Notes under the pieces: generated by a model | What the model was told of the DNA's origin: nothing | Seen by the model: only the letters and a program-made list of their open reading frames with translations | Database searches by the model: none | Translations under genes and position numbers: made by a program | Shown: piece by piece, positions 52,671 to 64,000 of the stretch | Layout of the letters: every line of letters begins with the position of its first letter | How positions within the stretch are numbered: the first letter of the stretch is position 1 | Assembly (NCBI RefSeq): GCF_009914755.1 | Contig: NC_060939.1 | Origin: the human T2T-CHM13v2.0 reference genome, Homo sapiens | Direction: 5' to 3' (one strand) | Length of the DNA: 64,000 nt

Positions 52671-54034
52671 AAAAAGTAGCTGGGAGCTCTCAAAAGCAAG
52701 CCTTATAATTTTGCCTAGAGCTCAATCAAGCAAAAAAGAGAAATAAGTATATTAGTTACATGCGAGGATTTCAAGTCATAGCTAACTAGTCCATAAAAAA
52801 TTATTTAAGGATAGCTTAGGGAAAAAAAAAATCTTTGGAGGGAGCTAGGGGTTGAGAAAAGAGATGCTGTGTTCATATTCTTTTATGCTTTCTCTTAACT
52901 GAACCAATGCATTCCAGCTCCTTAAACAAATAGTATTTCCACTTTGCTGCTATTTACAGCCATAGCCTAAAGCACAAAGATCAGACTCAGCATCTGATTA
53001 AACTAAGTTTTATAAAGAATGACAAAATAATTGGTAAAAACATTTCAGCTTGGGTATGTAAAATAGAAAAAACAAAGTAGCAAATGTTCAAAGCACAATG
53101 GATTTTAGGGAACAACACTGTCTCTTCTCTTTGGCATTTCTCTAGGATTCATATCTTGGCTGGGTGACAAAAAGCTGTCCATCAGCTGCAAGCCTGAGCC
53201 TATCAGCCTTACAAATCAGAGTTAATAAAAGTCAATCAGTGATGGTTTAACTTGCTTGCTACTGCCTGAAGCAGGATTCAGCCCCAGTGTCTGTCATCCA
53301 CTTAGAAAACACTTTCTATGGCCATCTATAATTCTAAAAATTTACTCATCTGAATTTCTATAGCTGGGAAAATGTTGTTTATATAAAGATATACATGGTC
53401 AACACAGATGCATATAAACCCCCTACAGGTAAATGCACAGATATAAACTTAACCCTCTACAGTTATAGATGCCTAGAAAGATGCAGGTTTTTTAAACCAA
53501 TTCTTAAAAATCAGCCTCTTTACTTCAGAGTTTTTTCCTACACATACATGTTTCTCACTATGAATGGCACTTAATGTCATAATTTCCTTTACATGTATGT
53601 TGGCTTGTGACATTTCCAATAAATTAAGTAAGTGTTGCTGTATTCGTTGCCCAAATCCTGATGACAATGTCCACCAAGATTATGACAGTGGATCTAAAAT
53701 TCGCAAACTACTAGAGCTGTTGTTCAGTCTTGTCAGATCCAAGTCTATGTACACAGGCAACAGCAGAACTTTCTACCTCAACCAGAGCAAATCACATGTG
53801 TATTCAATGCTCAAAAGGGCCAGATAGGAGAGATCAGGAGTAAATAAGCATCTGGGAGAGGCTGCAAGGACAGATATCAATCAGAGAAAAGTTCTCTTCT
53901 AACCACAAATCCCACAGTTTTCAAGACAAATTTAAAATCGGGAGGTCATGTCAAACAGAATCAAGGCAAAAAAATTTGTTCACTCACTCACTCAACAAAC
54001 ATTTACTGGGTGATGGCTATGTGTCTTTTATGTC

Positions 54035-54308
54035 TGTGCTTTTAACATTTATATTATGTGAGCCACATATGCATTTTAAATATATATAAAACAAATTAAA
54101 TGTACGTATAATTTAAGTAGTATGAGAAGTTAAAAAAGTGCAATTAATTTTTGTGATATATTTTAACCCAATATATCCAGATATAATCATTTTGACATGT
54201 CATGAAAATATTTTTTAACTGAGATAGTTTACATCACGATTGCAACCAGCCACATTTCAAGTGCTCAGAGCCGCATGTGACTAGTGGCTACCACATTGAA
54301 TGGTGCAG
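54035..54308. mobile_element. MER33-like hAT-Charlie element nested in an antisense L2 fragment (about 53980-54420)
   Basis: ctgtgc...gagccacatatg...aacccaatatatcca...agccacatttcaagtgctc...catgtgactagtggctacc...gcag. Confidence 0.7.
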
Positions 54309-54657
54309 TTCTAGATTCTAAGGTAAAGCAGTGAACAAAACAAAATAATTGCCCTGGTGGAGATTAATCTTTGTGGAGAAGACAGATAGTAAACAGATCA
54401 ATGTAAGATGTCAGATTATTAACATGGTCTAAAAGCCCATATGCAATCGGACCACATTCACCTCTCCAAACTCTTCATCATCATTATCGCCCACTGCTCC
54501 CCTGCACTCAACCAGGCTCCAGACACACAGCCCATCCTGCCCTTCCCAGAGCAAGCCTGCCAAACACATGACATCTCACGGTATTTCCATCCACCTGGAA
54601 CATTCTTCCCCAAGTTTCTTTAAAAACTTTAAAGAACAATGTACATAATCCTAAACA

Positions 54658-54967
54658 GGCCCGGCACAGTGGTCACGTCTGTAATCCCAGCACTTTAGGA
54701 GGCTGAGGTGTGCATGGCTTGAAACCAGGAGTTCAAGACCAGCCTGGGCAACATAGTGAGACCCTGTCTCTACAAAAAATACAAAAATTAGCAGGACATG
54801 GTGGCACATGCCTGTAGTCCCAGCTACTTAGGAGCCTGAGGTGGGACAACCACTTGAGCCCAGGAAATCAAGGCTGCAGTGAGCCGAGATTGTGCCACTG
54901 CACTCCATCCTGGTCAAGAGAGTGAGACCCTGGCTCAAATAATAATAATAAATAATAATAATAATAT
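54658..54967 (+). mobile_element. AluJ with (AAT)n tail
   Basis: gggcaacatagtgagaccctgtc and cttgagcccagga...aaggctgcagtgagc are J diagnostics. Confidence 0.93.
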
Positions 54968-55110
54968 GGCTATAGAGTGCTTACTATGCACACTACACTA
55001 CATACATTTTCCTCAAACTCCACAACAAAATATCAAAATAGGTACTATTAATATGTACATTCTTTCAATAAGAAAACTGCACTTTACATAGGTTATACTT
55101 ATTTATTTAA

Positions 55111-55440
<330 letters not shown>

Positions 55441-55538
55441 TTCACATTTTTAAACTTCATGCTAGGTTACTTTTGCCTTAGAATTGAGGTGGAGTTGCTG
55501 GATCAAAAACTAGAGCCACTTTGAGGCTTTAAGGATAG

Positions 55539-55935
<397 letters not shown>

Positions 55936-58399
55936 TAATTATTTTTAATCTTTAGTAGTTTGATATAAGAAAGATAGCTTTTCAAAAAATGTTTTGAATT
56001 TTTTCATTTATTTGATTCTGTGTGAGAATAACGTTTTTCATGTTTATTGAAAAAATTGTATCTCTCCCTTTTAACATCCTTATACCTCCTGTTATTTTTT
56101 TCATTTATGTTTATCATTTTCTCATTGTTAACAACAGCAATGCTAGAAAAGAGATATTAACACTTTGCTTATGTTTTTATGTTGCAAATATCTCTTCCTA
56201 CTTTGTCCTTTTGTCTTTTAATTTTGTTTATGCTTTAAGTTTGTTCATGATTTTATGATTTTTCTCTTTGGTGGTATGCCTTCAAATCCTTTCCCAAAAA
56301 TTTTAGAAATTCTTCTTTATCCTGTTCTCTCCAGCTGCCCTGCTGAGAAGCCTGGGGCAATTGTGGAAAAATTGTCTTCTTAGGTTTGAGACACTGTTCA
56401 CTTCCAGCGTACTGCAGAGGAAGGGCTTACCTGCTGATGTGCTTAATTCTCCCCTTTCTTCAACTCTTCCTTCCTGCCTGCCCACAACACCCATGGAGCG
56501 TTTGTGACAGAGCAACCCCGTCGTCTGTCACTTGAGGATTTAGCTTCCCTCACCTTCCAGCAGTGCATTAGTCTCACACACTCACCTTAGGTCATTGAAC
56601 ATTTGCTAACTATCTGACAGATTTTTTGAGAAGTAATAGAGATGGAAACAGGCTTAGTATAGGACAGAGAGCATTAAATTGGAAGTCAAATCCCCACCTG
56701 CTAATTCAGCTTCTGCTGTTAACTACCTGGGTCCTGACCCTTAAGTTCTCTGGACCCATCATTTCTTATAAGATGAAAGGTTGGCACAATGACCTCAGCT
56801 GTATTCAAAGGCTAACATTTCTCACTTATTGCTATGATATTAGTCTTCTTTTTCATCTGACTTTGCAAGAAACATATTCCAAAGTACAGAAAGGACAATC
56901 TAATAAAATGACCCACATTATGGGAGTTTCTGGCATAAATAATCCAGAATGAGACTCAGTGGTCTAACTTTCTGCTTTTTAAGGTTATTTGTTGTATAAT
57001 AATTCTAGGAAAATCAACTTCTCAACAGGCCAAAAAATACTTATCAGTGAGGAAAAATAATCAAGCCTTGAAATTTCTATATATGGTGATCAATTCAAAC
57101 AGGAAATTACTTCTAATTCAGAAATATTACAAGTAATAGAGAGTTGACTTTTTACCTGAATTAGAAATAACAAAATTTACTGGGCTTGGAATCATCAGTA
57201 AAATATTAAGCTTCTCTTTCATATCCTACCCGATGAATAATGAACTGCTTCACTGGACTTGAACTTATTTTGGACGTGAATTTATTGAACCATTTTCTGA
57301 GGGTAGAATTCCAGGGCAGAATTATATGTTAGTAGCTGAATACAAGAGTTGGCCTTCTTTGTCTAGTGTAGAAACGGCCACCTCTTCTAAAATACAGAAC
57401 AGATTTTCCAGTTCGTTTTGCAGAAATGGCTTTCATGGGATTTGACAACACAAGAGTCATTCATTAATCTAATTGTTTTCTGCCATGAAATTATGCTTAA
57501 TGTTAGTAATGTGGAGACAGTAATATTATAAAATATGAACTGCTAAAAAGTAGCCAGGCATACCCTGGCAATGTCCAACCACTTGATAGATTAATGTCAA
57601 ATTTTGGTAAATTTTAGATATAGATTGATGGGGCCATTTAACAGCAAATGTAATTAGTTTTAAACTTTATTTACCATTAAGTTCCAGTTTATCCCCTAAA
57701 TATTAATATAATAATATCTAAGAATGAGAAATTATCATCAAAAATAACCATCTTTGAAATAAAGAGTCTTTGAAAAAGATTGAGCTGTTTAGACATCATT
57801 TATCTTAGCCTATAAAATTTTAAAGTCTGTGTGTTTGAAGTATCAGACACTTCCAACAAAGGTCTCAGCCCGCAAAATGCTAGGATGTCCATAATTGATA
57901 CTTGTGGTTTTTTTCCCCTACTCTTTCGCTTTTTCAGAAGTGACCCAACAGAATATCTTGACATCAGCAGTACCAAAAACTAGTCGTAAATGAAAGAGAA
58001 ATTCTTGTTTCTGTGGGCGTAAGTGAACAGAATTTGTCCTGGGTTTATTGTTCCCATAGATCCTTCTAGTGGATGAGAGTGCCAGACGTTTTAGGATGAT
58101 TCCACCAGCAGCATCTTCCCTGGCCCTTCAGCCCCTGAATATTCCCTCTAGTCAGAAACAAACCACAAAGTCAACAAGTATGAGCTGGAAAGGCTTTGCT
58201 AGGACAGAATTTTTATTATCTTCTCTCCTTCCCTGAAAGTTATTTTACTTACAAATTGATTTACTGGGGAAAATGACACCTAGCTGTTAGATGTCGTGGG
58301 ACTCAGGGCAACTGAAATCACTATACCCCAGTGTATCTTTCAAATCCTGCCATCACCTTATCTTAAATGAATGCTGCATATAATATGTCATGCAAAGGT

Positions 58400-58670
58400 C
58401 CTCCCGGTCTAGCATAGACTAAATATAGCAAAGCCCGCCTGGTGGAGTAAGATTTTCCAAGATAGACAAACGCACGGAGGCAATAATGAGCGAGGTTCTA
58501 GAGTTCCCCTTGGATGCAGGGTGTTCTTAAGGAAGAAGCGGGCTCACTGCGCAGAGCCCCACAGCTTGTTATTTTGTCACTTTCACCCTATCCTCGCCAC
58601 CTGAAGAGTAACTAAACATAATAATAATGGCCATAATATATCATTGGGGCTCACGTTTATTTAGCGCTGA
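58400..58670. promoter_or_regulatory. candidate regulatory element: local CpG cluster with CTCF-like motifs
   Basis: About 10 CpGs in about 270 mostly unique bp; minus-strand CCACCAGGCGGGC (58433-58445) and TCAGGTGGCG (58595-58604). Confidence 0.35.
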
Positions 58671-58810
58671 GTTAAGTGACTTACATGAGTTTTCTGATTA
58701 TTCCTCACTACATCCCTACAAAGCTACCAATGAGAAAACTAGTTTTATCTAAGGTGATGCTATTAGTAAGAGATGAAACCAGAATTCAAACCAGGATTAC
58801 CTGGCCCCAG
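58615..58810 (-). mobile_element. MIR fragment
   Basis: tcacgtttatttagcgct...attcctcactacatccct...tgagaaaact...ttagtaagagatgaaaccagaattcaaaccagg. Confidence 0.6.
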
Positions 58811-59009
58811 GGTCCCAAGTGGAAAACACAAGAGGAAAAAAAAATGAATCTTTCAAAACTATTATCCTACCCACAGGTGTTTACAATGAAGTTGGCAAAG
58901 ATAATCTCTCAACTGCACCCTGGAAAAATTTTCCCACTTACTTTGAAAACTACAAGTCATAATTTAATTTCTGAGAAGATGCAGTAAATGGAAGTAAAAA
59001 AACATGAGT

Positions 59010-59190
59010 GATACTAATTAGTCAAATTTGTTGTGCGCCTATTATATATTACACACTATGCTACATGCTTTCCGTTTATTCACTTATATCTTCTTTTTCG
59101 GCAGTCCTTCAGGTAGGTACTGCTATTATCTCCATTTCGTGGGTGAAGAAACTGAGGCTTGAATATGTTTCTGAGTAAACTCACACATAT
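59010..59190 (-). mobile_element. MIR fragment
   Basis: aggtaggtactgctattatctccatttcgtgggtgaagaaactgaggctt. Confidence 0.7.
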
Positions 59191-59265
59191 TAAAGGTATT
59201 TATAATTTGATATCTGAGAATAAAACTTTTACCTTTTATTTATCTTTATTAAAAATAATAAAAGG

Positions 59266-59603
<338 letters not shown>

Positions 59604-59941
59604 CTAACTTCTTCCAGTGATCTTGTATTTTACCAATCCAGAATTCATGTTCCCACCGTGAATTTGGGAAATGTTTTAAATAATTTGTTCCTTGGTGAGT
59701 GTTCTAAGGAAGCAAGCGGGGAAGGAATAAAGACCCTACCTATCTCTCCACCCTCCAGTCTCTTATGGGTGCTTCTTACTCTCAAAACCCAACCAGAAGC
59801 CAGAGGACAGAAGAAGACTTTGGGTGCTACATTCCAGAGCAGCAAAAGTAGGTGGGGAATGAATTGAGCAAATTGAGAATAGTGAACACAGCCACTCTCT
59901 CCCTGAAATAGAAATAGGATCCACTATAACACATTTGATTT

Positions 59942-60338
<397 letters not shown>

Positions 60339-61199
60339 TCATGTCAATACATAATTTTTAGACTGTTCTATACAATATGCATACTTACATATAACTAAAT
60401 ATACAAAATGTAGAATGGATTCTGATGCCAGGCCCTATTCCCTCTTGCTTGGGGAGTAACCTTGATTCAGTCTGGCTGAAGACATAGTTCTGAATCCTCT
60501 TCTGTGTCTCTCAGATGGAGTTCGTGTCACCTTGTTTGGGAAGACCAGCATTTTGAAGTTGGGCTTAACCACAGTTGGTGGTATCGTTTCCTATGCATGT
60601 TTAGGTTTGATCCTACTAATTTCAGTTAATATTGGTTTTACTTTTTCTATTATAAATTCTTAGATGCAGTGTCTCGTGTTAACCTAAGTACAAGATAATA
60701 GTGGTCACCACGCTCAATATTCTCTTAAGTACCAAATAAATGCTATTTAATTTTTATGACTCAAGAGACTTAAAAATTTTTTTTTGCAGTAGTTTGGTCA
60801 TATCTACGCAAATTGAGATTGAAGAGATTAAGATTTCAGCCCTGTGTTTGTTGTGAACAGTTTGAGAAAGTGTTGCTTGGGGCCTGAAGTATCTGGGAAA
60901 TTGTCAGATGTCTCCACCCCAGCTGACTAGGAAGAGCTAGCCAAATTTTTCAAACCATAGCCTAACCTTTTCTATTATTTTGACGACAGGTATCTCTTTA
61001 GCCAGATCTACAAAGTCAAGGTTAACAGAGCTAAGAGATAATTATCTAGGCAGTTTCCACCTCCATTAGAATGATGATGGCTACAATTTTCCACTTTATT
61101 TTCAGTATGTAGACCGAGCACATGGAAGCCAGAGAAGAGATGCTTAAGTCAGATTTCCAAAAAGAAAATTATTCTTAATCATTCTAGTACAGAAGGTTT

Positions 61200-61731
61200 G
61201 GAGAAATTAGGATTCACATTTACTAGTGGTGGGAGTATAAATTGGCAATTTGGCAATGTCTAGTAAAGTTGAAGATGTGCATTTCTGATGACCCAAAAAT
61301 CTACACACCCCCTTTTTTTGTTTTTTTGGTATGTGCCCTAGGAGAAAAAAGCACATACCTGTGCACAAAGACACATCGCTAAGATTTACATATACTTATA
61401 CAATTAAATACTGTGTTCCAGTTAAAATGACTGTGGCTTAGATCTACCTGTGTTACCACTGGTAAATCCCAAACATATAATGTATATGAAACAAACAAGA
61501 TACAAAAGAATGCATAGGGTGTAATATCATTTTCAAAAGGTTAAAAAAACCTGTAAAATAGCATATATGTTGTTCATAGTCATAAAAGTATGTAGTCAAA
61601 AACAATCAGAAAACATTTATATGCATGAACTCATGATAACCATTTCCTTTGAGGAGACAGAGAAAAAATAAGGATAGAAAAGGAATACATAGTAATCCTC
61701 AACTATATCTATGAGATTTATTTTCTTAAAG

Positions 61732-61772
<41 letters not shown>

Positions 61773-61890
61773 CCCTAAAGTGCAATGTTAAGATTTGATA
61801 AAATTGTGTTATGGGTCCATGGATTTTTATTATATTATTCTCTATAGTTGTCTACATGTTTGAAATATTTCATTATAAAATATATATTTT
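61200..61890 (+). mobile_element. L1ME-type 3' end fragment
   Basis: ctagtggtgggagtataaattgg...ttggcaatgtctagtaaagttgaagatgtgcat...gtttgaaatatttcattataaa. Confidence 0.7.
61732..61769. repeat. (CA)n microsatellite
   Basis: cacacatacacacacac...caca. Confidence 0.95.
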
Positions 61891-64000
61891 TAAATCATCC
61901 AAGCGCAAGAATATTTATCAGAGGAATCACCAAAGCAAGGAAAAATAAAACATCCCACTCAACTTCTTTTCCCCATAAGAAACCATGAATTATGGAGCAA
62001 AGAATGCCTTGTATTTATGAGAGAGATTCTTCTAAAGGATGCCTCACATTTATAAGTGAATATCCCTGTAAAGATCACGGCTTATTCATCCTAAATTCCA
62101 GACAAGAATATCCTACATTGGATTTGGTACAAGTTTATGATCCCAAAAGCATTAAGGTTAGCTCTGCTTAACATTTTATTTCTTAGCAGAACACTTTAGG
62201 AATTCCGAGAGAGGATCGCCCAGCTCGATCAGGGTGTTACACTGCCCTTGGAGCATTGGGAAGATAAGATAACTGTGGAAATAAATGATAGAATGGACTG
62301 AGCCCTTAGTGTTGCTGTGTTGTTTATCATACTTGTAAGACTGCAGCAATCAGAACATATGTATGCATTTTTCCCTTGAAACATCTTTTGAGTGGTAGTT
62401 GTGTGAAACAATGATCTGTTGAATTTAATTCACAGATCAAAGAGGAAGGAAATTAACCAACACAGTAAATTGATTATTTCATGGGTGACATAACCAAGGC
62501 AATGATTTATCTTAATAAAGGGCAACTTCCCTCTAGTTCTTAACTGAATTCCAGCCAACGCAATAATACTCGGCTGTTAATGACTTTGATGTTGATGTGG
62601 AAAAGTGAATGACTGCATAATCACTGAAATGGGACCTCATCACAGTTGGAAATGTTTAAGCCAAATCATTTTGGACTGTGAAAAGAGCCCTGAGTGGTGG
62701 ATATTGGCTGGGTACCAGATCTTCAGTCTTAACTAAACAGGGCCTGAAAACTTTATCATATTGCACTGCTCTGGCTGGACCATAACTCTGACAGCTCACA
62801 GAGACTGGAGTTTAATATATATGTCTGTGGCCTCACAGAGGGAAGAAAGAATTCCAGGGCTTACAGCACCGATAATAAATACATGTCTATCAGCATTCAG
62901 CTGAAAGTGTAATTAGTTAAATCCGTCTTTGGGAGAGGGAACAGAAGAAAGGAAACAGAAGTCAACTTAAAAAAAATTGAACCAAAAGCTTATTTTTATA
63001 CTCCACGTTACTAAATATGGCTTAAGAGCTTGCGAGACAGCGTTAGTCATAGATGGCAGCCTCCACCTCCTCCCCTCCTCCACTCTCCATCTCTAAATAA
63101 TAAAATGAACTAAAATTAGAGCTGCATTCAAGTATGTTTGCTTGATTATTATTATTTGAGTTTGAGCTGAGAAGTCTATGAGGAGAGGTAGCACCCTTGG
63201 GAATATAAGGGATTCCCTGGTGTCCACATTTTTTACTTCTAAATGGAGAAAAGGAAACCAGCTTTGGTCACAGCCCAATTGTCATCACCCAACCCAGTAG
63301 ATTTCCTCTTGGGCTAATCAGATGCTGGATAACATCAACTTCCTAGAGTTAAATTATTACATCCACGTATTATAATGCTAGTCTTCAGCAAGTGTCTCCA
63401 ACCCACCCCATTCTCCCCTAGTCTCCACCCTATTCACCCTCTTCACAACCTCCCACTGTCCCCAGATGCTCCTAAACATAAGTTTCAGGGACTTGTCCAA
63501 GTGAGCCTATACCAAGCTCTGCAGCCACAGCTTGGTGACCAGGACTTATAAGAACACAGCCATAGGCACAGCTTGAGGGGCACCAGACACTTGCCTGTTT
63601 AAATACCACAGAGCCCCCAGGCTCAAGAAACTCAAGATGTCTGATTCTGATCATTTATTTTAAAAAAAATCTGTCTTTAGGGGCAAGGATTGTTAAACTG
63701 CTCATCCAGGCCTGCAGCTGAGGTTTACTCAGAGCTCAAAGCTGGAAAATGCCCATGTGGCAAGATTAGAAACTCATTTGTGTGGTTTCTGTGGCCTTGC
63801 CGGGAGCCTCCTTCTTTTCTCTCCTCTCTCTTTAAATCCAAGCCTTCATCAGTTTATTATTTTAAAGGCACCCTTTTCCTGCTGAGTAAGTGACATGGCT
63901 GCATCCAGGCAGCTTTTCCCCAATGCATTAATGACCCTCGAAGATTTTATTCCTGTTCAGCAACCTACTTAGATGAGGTCATCTGGGAAACTTTCAAATA

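Noticed and set aside
53564-53827. 87-aa ATG-initiated ORF in unique sequence
   Set aside because: No recognisable family, no convincing exon boundaries and no poly(A)/TSD signature of a processed pseudogene

Overview
AT-rich, CpG-depleted primate genomic DNA, most likely human (AluJ, AluS and AluY copies are all present). It is intergenic or intronic: no protein-coding gene, tRNA/rRNA gene or CpG island can be supported. The ORF track consists of chance ORFs plus Alu read-throughs and decayed LINE-1 ORF1/ORF2 fragments. A large share of the window is interspersed repeat: 12 Alus, several old L1M remnants, MaLR/ERVL/ERV1 LTRs, hAT-Charlie DNA transposons, MIR and L2. Two heavily nested clusters lie at about 22.4-28.4 kb and 41.3-52.3 kb. 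Repeat-poor stretches (about 1-9.5 kb, 35.8-40.4 kb, 56.3-64 kb) hold low-confidence non-coding exon candidates on both strands and a small CpG-retaining element with CTCF-like motifs. The most distinctive pattern is a recurring set of short fold-back hairpins that interrupt known repeat consensus sequences (L1, MER1A, MLT2A1, AluSq). They look like fossil template-switch or templated-insertion mutations. I found no evidence of a new multi-gene system. Repeat subfamily names come from my recollection of consensus sequences and need RepeatMasker/Dfam confirmation.
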